A DNA stretch of 56,929 nt from Candidatus Omnitrophota bacterium (GTDB lineage Bacteria; Omnitrophota; Gorgyraeia; JAFGHF01), in NCBI GenBank assembly GCA_016939375.1, contig JAFGHF010000042.1, forward strand, positions 1-56,929, given 5' to 3'. How positions within the stretch are numbered: position 1 is the first letter of the stretch; each line of letters opens with the position of its first letter. A program made the translations under genes and the position numbers. Under the pieces are notes generated by a model. That model ran no database searches. It was not told where the DNA came from and was given only the letters and a program-made list of their open reading frames with translations. Shown one piece after another: positions 35,460 through 44,529 of the stretch.

Positions 35460-35969
35460 TTATTTAAGCCTTACTCTAAATTCCTGATCCTTATAAGAAA
35501 GTTTCACGTTGTCGGGTTGGATTTCCAAAAGCCTTGCTCCATCTACCAATGAACCTTCGGTCACGATCTTGTTGTTAACTATGGCCAAAGGTCTTTTCTT
35601 GTCATAGACAATACCGTTGAGAGTAAAGTCTTCTGCTTTGGGCAATATCTCTAAACTTATCTTTCTTAAATTAAAGGTGCTCTGCGCAATCTTCGGCTCG
35701 GGCTTGGCGGCTATCTCTTTACGTGGCTCTTCTTTGGCTAACGGCTCGCTTACAACCCGCGCAGGCTGTTGGGAATCAGGGGCAAAGAGAAGAAAAGCTG
35801 TTAAGGCGCATATTATCGTCAACCCTCCCCAAATAAACCATCTCTCGGAAGGGCTCTTTAAAGAACTCCTCTGTAGACCGCCTATATCGTGAAGGATCCG
35901 ATGGGCATCGCTCTGCTTTGAATCTCTTTGTTTTTCCGCCTTTTTTAGCGCATCGTTTATAATGCTCAT
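35460..35969 (-). CDS. GspB-like (T2SSB-domain) membrane protein
   Basis: N-terminal MSIINDALKKAEKQRD, one TM helix, and C-terminal FTLNGIVYDKKRPLAIVNNKIVTEGSLVDG pattern. Overlaps the upstream ExeA-like gene by 4 nt. Confidence 0.55.
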   Translation of the reverse strand: MSIINDALKKAEKQRDSKQSDAHRILHDIGGLQRSSLKSPSERWFIWGGLTIICALTAFLLFAPDSQQPARVVSEPLAKEEPRKEIAAKPEPKIAQSTFNLRKISLEILPKAEDFTLNGIVYDKKRPLAIVNNKIVTEGSLVDGARLLEIQPDNVKLSYKDQEFRVRLK

Positions 35970-36802
35970 TGATTCACCTCCTGGGTAACCTCGAGCTGAT
36001 TGCCTTCTATGTCGTTAATGCATCTTGATATCAACTCTTGAGTAATGGTTCTTGTCTCACTAACGAAAGCCGCCAATAATGCCTTATCGCATATTAAATT
36101 AATCAAACGGGGAATGCCCTGAGAATATTTGAAGATTTCATTAAGCGCCTGATCATCAAAGCTAATGCAATCACTGGAACCAGCCACGGAAAGCCTATGG
36201 CTTATATAGGCCTGGACTTCGTCTTTTTCCAGAGGTGAAATATGGTAGCGCACGCCAATCCTTTGCCTTAATTGTCTTAACTCTGGGGCCTTGAGCCTCT
36301 CACGCAATTCGGGCTGGCCCACCAAAACAATCTGCAATAACTTATCTTTTTCCGTTTCCAAATTAGACAAAAGCCTTATGGTCTCCAACAATGAATTCTT
36401 GAGGTTCTGGGCTTCGTCAACGATCAAAACGACATTGTTGCCGCCAGTAAGCTGCTCTATCAAAAACTGATTCAATTTGTCCTGCAATGATTTTCCACGG
36501 TTTTTGTTGTAGTCAATGCCGAAATCCTGCAATATCGATCTTAGCAATTGGTATTTGTTGAGATCAGGATTTAAGATCAGGGCTGTTTTTGTGCTTTTAT
36601 CCAGCTGGTTTAGCAAGGCCTTGCATATGGTCGTCTTGCCTGTGCCTATTTCTCCGGTAATCTCCAAAAAACCTTTACGTTCTTTGATTCCGTAAATCAG
36701 GTGGGAAAAGGCTTCTTTGTGTTTACGGCTGAAAAATAGGAAAGCTGGGTCGGAAGTCACATTAAACGGCTTCTCTTTTAATCCAAAATATTGCTCATAC
36801 AT
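35966..36802 (-). CDS. ExeA/GspA-family AAA ATPase (short, cytoplasmic-domain-only form)
   Basis: MYEQYFGLKEKPFNVTSDPAFLFFSRKHKEAF, Walker A GEIGTGKTT and Walker B LIVDEAQNL. Confidence 0.8.
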   Translation of the reverse strand: MYEQYFGLKEKPFNVTSDPAFLFFSRKHKEAFSHLIYGIKERKGFLEITGEIGTGKTTICKALLNQLDKSTKTALILNPDLNKYQLLRSILQDFGIDYNKNRGKSLQDKLNQFLIEQLTGGNNVVLIVDEAQNLKNSLLETIRLLSNLETEKDKLLQIVLVGQPELRERLKAPELRQLRQRIGVRYHISPLEKDEVQAYISHRLSVAGSSDCISFDDQALNEIFKYSQGIPRLINLICDKALLAAFVSETRTITQELISRCINDIEGNQLEVTQEVNQ

Positions 36803-36835
36803 ATCCTTTGGCTCCGCGATATCTTACCTTGTAGT

Positions 36836-36864
36836 AGTATAACACTGCTATATAATATTGTAAA
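36836..36864 (-). promoter_or_regulatory. sigma-70-type promoter candidate for the exeA-like operon (TTTACA-17 nt-TATACT, read on the - strand)
   Basis: On the - strand, -35 TTTACA is at 36859-36864 and -10 TATACT at 36836-36841. Confidence 0.4.
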
Positions 36865-36994
36865 GCACAAATTACCGCTGCCTTGAGTACCGGTTTTGCG
36901 CAGGTATATGTAGACCTTAAGGAAACTAAGTACCAATAATAGCCCAAACGCCGTCAATAGCTTAAAGCGAAAAAGGACCTTGCTAAAACGATCC

Positions 36995-37023
36995 TTGACA
37001 AGCAAGGCGATCCGTTGTATCAT
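36995..37023 (+). promoter_or_regulatory. sigma-70-type promoter candidate for dnaE (TTGACA-17 nt-TATCAT)
   Basis: -35 at 36995-37000, -10 at 37018-37023. Lies about 75 nt upstream of the dnaE ATG. Confidence 0.45.
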
Positions 37024-37096
37024 AAGTGCGAAAAACTGATTTTTCCTTTCATTTTTAAATACCTTTTTCCACAGAGCAGTAATTAGATTGCCAAAA

Positions 37097-40000
37097 ATGA
37101 TCCAGCATTCCGACTTCGTACATTTACATGTACACACCCAATATAGCCTATTAGACGGCGCTTGTAAGATCGACGCCCTGCTTAATCTAGCCCGCAACGA
37201 ACGCTCCCCGGCTCTGGCCATAACCGATCATGGTAACCTTTTCGGAGTCATAGAATTCTATAAGCAATGTATAGCTGACGGCGTAAAACCGATCATAGGC
37301 TGCGAGGTATATGTCGCTCCTAAGAGCCGCCTGGAAAAGACGATCCAGCAAAATCAGGAACTTGCATATCACCTAACCTTGTTGGCCAAGGATGAACAAG
37401 GATTTAAGAATTTAATGAAACTGGTCAGCGCCGGTTATTTGGAGGGATTTTACTACAAGCCGCGCATAGACAAAGAGATACTAAGGCAAAACTGCCAAGG
37501 GCTTATTGCCTTAAGCGGATGTTTGCACGGTGAAATAGCACATGCAATCACCTCCGGCTCGTTGCAAAAAGCACAGGGATTAGCGGGGGAATATTCCGAG
37601 ATCCTGGGCAAGGGTAATTTTTATCTTGAATTGCAGGACCAGGGTATAAAAGAACAAAAAGCAGTAAATAGGGCTCTTATTGAATTAAGCAAAAAACTTT
37701 CCATCCCCTTAGTCGCTACCAACGATGTGCATTATCTCAACAAAAGAGACGCTGCGGCCCACGATGCTCTGTTATGCATACAAACACAAACCGTACTTTC
37801 TGAACCCAACAGATTAAGGATGTCTACCGAAGAATTCTATTTTAAGAGCGCCCACCAGATGCGTGAGCTCTTCCAGGAAGTGCCTGATGCGCTTACCAAC
37901 ACGCTGGCTATTGCCGAAAAATGCAATGTCGAACTCGATTTCACAAAAACATATCTTCCTAGATACAAACCCCCGGAAGGCAAAACCAGGGAAGAGTTTC
38001 TACTTCAACTTTGCCAGGAAGGATTGCAAAAAAGATATAAAGGGACGATAGACAAGACGGTGATCGACCGCTTAAACCAGGAATTAAAGATCATCAAAGA
38101 CTCCGGCTACATAAGTTACTTTTTGATCGTCTGGGACTTCATAAACTACGCTAAAGAAAAAGGCATACCGCACGGCCCGGGGCGCGGTTCGGCCGCGGGC
38201 AGTATCGTAAGCTATGTTTTGGGCATTACCGATATCGACCCTTTGAGATATGGTCTGATATTTGAACGCTTTTTGAATCCAGAACGTGTCAGCTTGCCCG
38301 ATATCGATATAGATTTTTGCTATGAACGTCGAGGTGACGTAATCAATTATGTCACTGAAAAGTATGGAAAGAAAAACGTAGCGCAGATAATCACTTTCGG
38401 GACTATGGGCGCCAAGGCCGTAGTCCGCGATGTAGGCAGAGTGATGGGCATGCCTTATGCCGAAGTAGATAAAATCGCTAAGTTGGTACCGAACGATCTG
38501 AATATCTCGCTGACAGCCGCCATACAAGCCGAACCGGAATTGAAGTCGCTTTATAAAAATGACGCCCAGATAAAAACCCTCCTGGACACCTCTCTGGCTT
38601 TAGAGGGCCTTACCCGACACGCCTCTACGCATGCCGCTGGAGTCGTGATAGCTGAAGAAGAACTGACTAATTATATACCGCTTTTTAAGACCAGTGACGA
38701 CCAGATCACCACCGGTGTAGCGATGAGTTCATTGGAGAAGATCGGCCTGTTAAAGATGGACCTTCTAGGCTTACGCACCCTCACGGTCATCGACCAGACG
38801 ATCAAAATCATAAAAAGGATGAAAGGCATAGACCTGGAAATAGACAACATCTCCCTTGAAGATGAAAATACTTATCAGCTGCTTGGCCAGGCCCAAACCG
38901 TAGGGGTGTTTCAGTTAGAAAGCAGGGGGATGCGCGACCTGTTGAACAAGCTCAAACCGGAAAAGTTTGAGGACATAGTAGCCCTTTTAGCGATATATCG
39001 TCCCGGCCCCATAGGTAGCGGCATGGTCGATGACTTCATTAAGCGCAAACACGGTCAAACGTCTATTGTTTATGACGACCCGCACTTAGAGCCGATTCTG
39101 CGCGAAACCTACGGAATCATCATCTTCCAGGAACAAGTAATGCGTATTGCCAGCGAAATGGCCGGCTTCTCTTTAAGCCAAGCAGATTTGCTCAGAAGGG
39201 CTATGAGCAAAAAAGACAGCGAGGTCATGGAAGAGCAACGTAAGTATTTCGTTGAGGGCTGCATAAAAAATAAAATCAATAAAAAAGTGGCCAATAAGAT
39301 ATTCAACTTGATCGAGTACTTCGCCGGGTATGGGTTCAACAAATCACATTCGGCGGCCTACGCATTGATCTCCTACCGCACCGCCTACCTGAAAGCGAAT
39401 TTTCCGGCTGAATTTATGACCGCCTTGCTGACAAGTGAAAAAGACAATACTGATAAAATAGTGGTATATATAAATGAAGCGAGTAAGATGGGCTTTGAGA
39501 TCCTTTCGCCCGATGTAAACGAAAGCTTTGCCAAGTTTACCATGGTCTCCGATAAGTCCATCCGTTTCGGGCTTTCAGCGGTAAAAAACGTGGGGCAGGG
39601 AGCAATCGATTCGATAATCCAAGCCAGAAATAAATACGGAAGGTTCAATTCTTTGTTCGAGTTCTGCGAGTATACTGATTCCCGGCTAGTAAACAGGAAA
39701 GTTATAGAAAGTCTGATAAGATGCGGGGCCTTTGACAGCTTGAATCTATTTCGCTCGCAGCTTGCGGCCATTTTGGATAAGGCAATGGAGGTGGCTGCCG
39801 GTTTTCAAAAAGACAGACAAAACGGTCAATTTTCTTTCTTTGACAATTCAGGTACAAAACATAAGTTTAAAAAAGATTTCCATGAGATACCCGACATACC
39901 GGAATGGCCGGAAAACCAGCTATTGTCATACGAAAAGCAGATGCTGGGTTTTTATATCACCGGGCATCCTCTGGCCCGCTATTCAAAGACGTTGCAAAAC

Positions 40001-40546
40001 TATGCCACAAACTCCACGCAAGACTTACTCCATCTACACGAAGGAGAAGAGATCTCTATCGGCGGCGTCATAGCCAAAGTAAAGAATATCACCACCAGGA
40101 AAAACGAGAGGATGGCCATAGTAGGCCTAGAAGACCTTTCCGGTTTTGTGGAATTACTTGTCTTTCCGCGGGTTTACACACAATATTCAAATATCATAAA
40201 GATGAATTCCATAGTCTTTACCAAAGGGAGGATAAGCCTGCGAGATAAAGACCCTAAGATCATAGCCGAAGAAATAATCCCTTTGCAAGATGTGCAAAAA
40301 CGATACACAAACTCAATAGTCATAAATCTTTTTACAACCGGCCTAGAAGAAGAAATGCTCACCAGGTTAAAAGATATTCTCTCGCGGCACCCCGGAAAAG
40401 TGCCAGTCTATCTTGGCCTGCAAAGCCCTGACCACCAGCGCGTCCAAGTCGAAGTAAACCCCGAATTCTATAGCGAACCGTGCGAAAAGCTTATCGCTGA
40501 AATCGAGTCCGCTTTGGGCGAAGGGGTAGTTACATTAAGAAAATAG
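37097..40546 (+). CDS. dnaE: DNA polymerase III alpha subunit
   Basis: PHP domain FVHLHVHTQYSLLDG. Length about 1150 aa. ATG at 37097 is preferred over the TTG at 37088. Confidence 0.95.
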   Translation: MIQHSDFVHLHVHTQYSLLDGACKIDALLNLARNERSPALAITDHGNLFGVIEFYKQCIADGVKPIIGCEVYVAPKSRLEKTIQQNQELAYHLTLLAKDEQGFKNLMKLVSAGYLEGFYYKPRIDKEILRQNCQGLIALSGCLHGEIAHAITSGSLQKAQGLAGEYSEILGKGNFYLELQDQGIKEQKAVNRALIELSKKLSIPLVATNDVHYLNKRDAAAHDALLCIQTQTVLSEPNRLRMSTEEFYFKSAHQMRELFQEVPDALTNTLAIAEKCNVELDFTKTYLPRYKPPEGKTREEFLLQLCQEGLQKRYKGTIDKTVIDRLNQELKIIKDSGYISYFLIVWDFINYAKEKGIPHGPGRGSAAGSIVSYVLGITDIDPLRYGLIFERFLNPERVSLPDIDIDFCYERRGDVINYVTEKYGKKNVAQIITFGTMGAKAVVRDVGRVMGMPYAEVDKIAKLVPNDLNISLTAAIQAEPELKSLYKNDAQIKTLLDTSLALEGLTRHASTHAAGVVIAEEELTNYIPLFKTSDDQITTGVAMSSLEKIGLLKMDLLGLRTLTVIDQTIKIIKRMKGIDLEIDNISLEDENTYQLLGQAQTVGVFQLESRGMRDLLNKLKPEKFEDIVALLAIYRPGPIGSGMVDDFIKRKHGQTSIVYDDPHLEPILRETYGIIIFQEQVMRIASEMAGFSLSQADLLRRAMSKKDSEVMEEQRKYFVEGCIKNKINKKVANKIFNLIEYFAGYGFNKSHSAAYALISYRTAYLKANFPAEFMTALLTSEKDNTDKIVVYINEASKMGFEILSPDVNESFAKFTMVSDKSIRFGLSAVKNVGQGAIDSIIQARNKYGRFNSLFEFCEYTDSRLVNRKVIESLIRCGAFDSLNLFRSQLAAILDKAMEVAAGFQKDRQNGQFSFFDNSGTKHKFKKDFHEIPDIPEWPENQLLSYEKQMLGFYITGHPLARYSKTLQNYATNSTQDLLHLHEGEEISIGGVIAKVKNITTRKNERMAIVGLEDLSGFVELLVFPRVYTQYSNIIKMNSIVFTKGRISLRDKDPKIIAEEIIPLQDVQKRYTNSIVINLFTTGLEEEMLTRLKDILSRHPGKVPVYLGLQSPDHQRVQVEVNPEFYSEPCEKLIAEIESALGEGVVTLRK

Positions 40547-40598
40547 TCTTCCATCCCGCATGCCTGTGCTGAATAATCCAAAAACCCTCGCTTTTTTC

Positions 40599-40627
40599 TT
40601 GACAGTATAATAGTTTAATGCTATATT
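40599..40627 (+). promoter_or_regulatory. near-consensus sigma-70 promoter (TTGACA-17 nt-TATATT with TGn) for the HU-csp unit
   Basis: -35 at 40599-40604, spacer ending in TGC, -10 at 40622-40627. Confidence 0.6.
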
Positions 40628-40677
40628 ATTTAAGTCTTGAAATTACTTATAGTTAAGTAAAGGGGGTGAAATAAAAA

Positions 40678-40950
40678 ATGACAAAAAAAGAGATTGTCTT
40701 GAAGATCGCTGAAGAAACAAACATCAAGCAAGTAGACGTCAAAAAGGTAGTACAGAAATGCTTAGATGAGATCGTGGCTGCCCTGACTAGAGGGGAAAGG
40801 GTAGAATTGAGAAATTTTGGCATTTTCAAGGTAAAATCCAGGCGCGGAAGGACAGGAAGGAATCCTCGCACAGGTGAAGCAGTGCCTGTACCGCCAAAAA
40901 AGGTGGCTGTTTTTAAACCCGGCTTGGTTATGAAGCAAGAAATAAAGTAA
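40678..40950 (+). CDS. hup: HU/IHF-family DNA-binding protein
   Basis: ELRNFGIFKVKSRRGRTGRNPRTGEAVPVPPKKVAVFKPG. Confidence 0.9.
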   Translation: MTKKEIVLKIAEETNIKQVDVKKVVQKCLDEIVAALTRGERVELRNFGIFKVKSRRGRTGRNPRTGEAVPVPPKKVAVFKPGLVMKQEIK

Positions 40951-40971
40951 AACAAGAAAGGATTTGGATAA

Positions 40972-41172
40972 GTGGCACAGGGTAAAATCAAGTGGTTTTC
41001 AAATTCTAAGGGTTATGGCTTTATTGCCCAAGATGACGGTCAAGATGTATTTATCCATTTTTCAGCTATCCAAGGCGAAGGTTATAAGTCTTTACAAGAA
41101 GGCGATACGGTAGAATACGAACTTGCTCAAGGGGAAAAGGGCCCTCAGGCAAAAAACGTTAAAAAAATCTAG
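40972..41172 (+). CDS. cold-shock domain protein
   Basis: GTG start. [15 protein letters not shown] and VFIHFSAI (RNP1/RNP2-like). Confidence 0.9.
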   Translation: MAQGKIKWFSNSKGYGFIAQDDGQDVFIHFSAIQGEGYKSLQEGDTVEYELAQGEKGPQAKNVKKI

Positions 41173-41215
41173 CAAAAAGGCGGTTTGTATTTTTAAAAAA
41201 TGGGGAAGATATAAA

Positions 41216-41244
41216 GGCCTCGGTAGAAGATACGAGGCTTTTTA
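41216..41244 (+). terminator. rho-independent terminator after the csp gene
   Basis: GCCTCG (41217-41222) / 10-nt loop / CGAGGC (41233-41238), followed by TTTTT. Confidence 0.65.
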
Positions 41245-41268
41245 TACAAATAAAATTCTGTCTGCACA

Positions 41269-42513
41269 ATGAATATAAAGGCGATCAGAGGCACAAAAGA
41301 CGTTTTGCCACAAGAAGCAAAGATCTGGCGCGCCATTGAAGAAAAGGCAAGGTCGTTGTTTGCACTATATGGCTACGGTGAAATCCGTACGCCCATTTTA
41401 GAAGAAGCCAGTCTTTTTACGCGCAGCATAGGCCAAAGTTCCGACATAGTGCGCAAGGAGATGTATGCTTTTGCCGACCGAAAAAAAAGGATGCTCTGCC
41501 TGCGCCCCGAAGCCACTGCTTCGGTAGTAAGGGCCTTTCTCGAACATGGTCTAGATAAAGACAACCAACTGGTCAAGTTATATTATTTCGGGCCGATGTT
41601 CCGGGCAGAAAGACCTCAGGCCGGAAGATTGCGCCAGTTTCATCATATAGGAGTAGAAGCAATAGGCTCCTCCAGCCCTTATCTAGATGCAGAGGTAATT
41701 TCTCTGGCAGTCGAAATATTGGGCAAAACTACGCTCAAAGGCTTTACTGTACATTTAAACAGCATCGGCTCCCAACAAGACAGGTCAAATTACAAACTTC
41801 TCTTAAAAAAGGAGTTGAAAGATAAACTGAAGAGGTTGTGTGCGGATTGCCGCCAACGCTACAAGCTAAACCTAATGCGCATCTTTGACTGTAAAAACTC
41901 CGCCTGCAAAGCTATTATCCATGAGTTGCCTACAATAAATGAGTCTCTGGGAGAAGAAAGCAAGGACCATTTTAAAAAAGTACAAGAAATAATCGATTCC
42001 TTAGACATCCCTTACACCCTAAATCCTTATTTGGTGCGCGGCCTCGATTATTATACCCATACATGTTTCGAAATAGTGCATCCCAATCTGGGGGCCCAAA
42101 ATGCGTTAGGTGCTGGCGGAAGATACGATGATCTGACGCACGATCTAGGCGGAGGCAAAATACCGGCAATTGGATTTGCCTTAGGGCTTGAGCGGATCAT
42201 CGCAGCCTTAGAACCGCAAAAGACAATGCCTGATCCGGGCTGCGTCTTTATTGCCGTATTGGGATCAGAGGCAATGGAATTAGGCTTTAAACTACTGCAT
42301 TCTTTACGCAGGCAAGGCATTTCATCAGAAATCGACTATCAGGGCAAATCCTTAAAGGCCCAGATGCGCTTAGCAGACAGGCTGGGCTCGAGATATGTTG
42401 TCATCCTGGGAGAAGATGAGATAAAAAAACAAAAGGCAGTGTTGCGCGACATGCGCGAGAAAACACAAAACGAAGTTTCATTATCTAATTTAGTTAAGGA
42501 GTTGGGACGGTAA
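41269..42513 (+). CDS. hisS: histidyl-tRNA synthetase
   Basis: 414 aa. RGTKD, LRPEATASVVRA, GPMFRAERPQAGRLRQFHHIG and GAGGRYD motifs. Confidence 0.93.
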   Translation: MNIKAIRGTKDVLPQEAKIWRAIEEKARSLFALYGYGEIRTPILEEASLFTRSIGQSSDIVRKEMYAFADRKKRMLCLRPEATASVVRAFLEHGLDKDNQLVKLYYFGPMFRAERPQAGRLRQFHHIGVEAIGSSSPYLDAEVISLAVEILGKTTLKGFTVHLNSIGSQQDRSNYKLLLKKELKDKLKRLCADCRQRYKLNLMRIFDCKNSACKAIIHELPTINESLGEESKDHFKKVQEIIDSLDIPYTLNPYLVRGLDYYTHTCFEIVHPNLGAQNALGAGGRYDDLTHDLGGGKIPAIGFALGLERIIAALEPQKTMPDPGCVFIAVLGSEAMELGFKLLHSLRRQGISSEIDYQGKSLKAQMRLADRLGSRYVVILGEDEIKKQKAVLRDMREKTQNEVSLSNLVKELGR

Positions 42514-43874
42514 TGCTGCGTACACATACCTGCGGCGAACTAAACGAAAAACATATCGACCGGGATGTAACTCTTTGTGGATGGATCCATAGCCGCAGGG
42601 ACCACGGTAATCTAGTATTTATCGACCTGCGCGATAAATGCGGACTGACCCAAATAGTATTTTGGGGCAAAGAGACGGTAAAAAAAATAGCCGATTTGAG
42701 GCCGGAATATGTGCTGTTGGTAAAAGGAAAAGTGCAGAACCGGCCCAAGGGGACAGAAAACCCCAAAATCCCCACGGGGCTCATCGAGGTCGCTGTCAGC
42801 GAATATGAGGTGTTGAACACTTCCCGGACTCCTCCTTTTGAAATTGCTGGAGATATGGAGGCCACAGAGGAAATACGCTTCGCTTATCGATACCTCGACC
42901 TAAGAAGACCGGGGGTGGCGGATAATCTGCATCTTAGGCATAAAATCATAAAAGCGATGAGAGATTTTCTGGACGAGCGGCAGTTTACGGAAATAGAAAC
43001 CCCTTTATTGACCAAAAGCACTCCTGAAGGAGCCAGAGATTACCTGGTTGCCTCGCGCTTAAACCCCGGGAAATTCTATGCCCTGCCACAATCCCCGCAA
43101 CTTTTTAAGCAGATCTTGATGATCTCCGGGCTGGAGAGGTATTTTCAAATAGCCAAATGTCTACGCGATGAAGACCTACGGGCAGACAGACAGCCTGAAT
43201 TCACGCAGTTGGACATAGAGATGTCTTTTGTCGATGAGGAAGATATCTTCTTGCTAATCGAAGAATTATTGAAATATCTTTTTGAAAAAGCTCTAAATAT
43301 ACCTCTGGAGACCCCTTTTGCCCGTCTTAGCTACTCAGAGGCAATGGAAAAATACAAAAGCGATAAACCTGATCTGAGGACAAAGGGGCAAAAGTTTAAG
43401 TTCGCCTGGATCAAGGGCTTTCCGCTTTTCAAATACAATGAGGATGAAAAACGCTGGGAATCAGAACATCATCCCTTTACCGCACCCAGCGATGAGGGAC
43501 TTTCCCAAGATCTAAGTAAAATCAGGGCCCGGGCCTATGATCTGGTGCTTAACGGCGTGGAAATCGGCTCGGGAAGCATACGTATCCACAAAAGAGAATT
43601 ACAGGAGAAAATATTTGACATATTAAAAATAGGAAAAGAAGAAGCCCAGCAACGTTTTGGATTTCTGCTGCGTGCCTTAGAATACGGAGCGCCTCCGCAT
43701 GCAGGAATAGCTTTGGGATTAGATAGGTTTGTCGCCATTTTAAGCGGAGAAACGAGCATTAGAGAGGTAATCGCTTTCCCAAAAACCCAAAAAGGCGTAT
43801 GTCCTTTAACGGGTGCCCCCACGGAAGTATCGAAACAACAGTTAAAAGAACTGAATTTAAGCGCGAAAAAATGA
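42513..43874 (+). CDS. aspS: aspartyl-tRNA synthetase, bacterial type but lacking the GAD insertion domain
   Basis: 453 aa. QSPQLFKQILMISGLERYFQIAKCLRDEDLRADRQPEFTQLDIEMSF is the bacterial-type motif 2 region. SDKPDLR is joined within about 25 aa to EHHPFTAP. Confidence 0.88.
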   Translation: MLRTHTCGELNEKHIDRDVTLCGWIHSRRDHGNLVFIDLRDKCGLTQIVFWGKETVKKIADLRPEYVLLVKGKVQNRPKGTENPKIPTGLIEVAVSEYEVLNTSRTPPFEIAGDMEATEEIRFAYRYLDLRRPGVADNLHLRHKIIKAMRDFLDERQFTEIETPLLTKSTPEGARDYLVASRLNPGKFYALPQSPQLFKQILMISGLERYFQIAKCLRDEDLRADRQPEFTQLDIEMSFVDEEDIFLLIEELLKYLFEKALNIPLETPFARLSYSEAMEKYKSDKPDLRTKGQKFKFAWIKGFPLFKYNEDEKRWESEHHPFTAPSDEGLSQDLSKIRARAYDLVLNGVEIGSGSIRIHKRELQEKIFDILKIGKEEAQQRFGFLLRALEYGAPPHAGIALGLDRFVAILSGETSIREVIAFPKTQKGVCPLTGAPTEVSKQQLKELNLSAKK

Positions 43875-43887
43875 AAGGGAGGAAGTA

Positions 43888-44529
43888 ATGAAAAGGTTGA
43901 GTTGGCTATTGCTTTTTGCTTTTATCTCCATACAGGTCTTAGGCTGTGCCGGGACTACGGTACGTCATTCCACATCGAGAGAACCTCGCGTGGACCAGGA
44001 AATCGCGGGGAATCGAGGGTTTATCTACGGCCACCCCAGCTCTCCTCCCAAAGAACCTACTTTTAAAGACAGGAAGGTATACCGGGTAGAAATCGAAGTG
44101 CCGGAATTGCCTTGGAATGTGGATAAGGGAGAAATAACGGTCGAAAGGCAAAAAACTAAAAAGCTAAGCCAGGCACCTCAAGCAGATGAAGATATCGAAG
44201 ATCAGGCGGCTTGGGGAAACCAAGGGTATCTCATGGGCACTCCGGCGCAAGAGTCTGAAGAAACGGAAGAATACGATATCGAGCAAAAGGAGCCTGCCCG
44301 AACCAGCAAGGTAACCATGCCGGTAAAATCAAAGGTAATCAGTGAAGATACGGCCAAAACAACGACTTACACCGTGAAAAAAGGAGATACTCTACAAAAA
44401 ATCTCCCAGAAATTTTACGGCACGACAAAAAAATGGAACATGCTTTATCAAGCCAATAAACAAGTTTTGGAAAATCCGGACAAGGTCTTCCCCGGTCAGA
44501 CATTGAACATCCCCGAGCTTGGTAAATAA
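43888..44529 (+). CDS. LysM-domain lipoprotein
   Basis: Lipobox VLGCAG. C-terminal LysM segment YTVKKGDTLQKISQKFYG...PGQTLNIP. Confidence 0.75.
   Translation: MKRLSWLLLFAFISIQVLGCAGTTVRHSTSREPRVDQEIAGNRGFIYGHPSSPPKEPTFKDRKVYRVEIEVPELPWNVDKGEITVERQKTKKLSQAPQADEDIEDQAAWGNQGYLMGTPAQESEETEEYDIEQKEPARTSKVTMPVKSKVISEDTAKTTTYTVKKGDTLQKISQKFYGTTKKWNMLYQANKQVLENPDKVFPGQTLNIPELGK

Noticed and set aside
36778-37221. 147-aa ORF on the - strand spanning the exeA-dnaE divergent intergenic region
   Set aside because: It overlaps the exeA start and the dnaE start and has no RBS. The region is better explained by two divergent promoter-like elements. The composition is that of translated AT-rich non-coding DNA.
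41173-41268. T-box or other leader upstream of hisS. The same question applies to the gap upstream of glyQS at 50302-50381.
   Set aside because: The gaps are only 96 and 80 nt, which is too short for a T-box. The first is occupied by the csp terminator. I saw no specifier-loop or T-box consensus.
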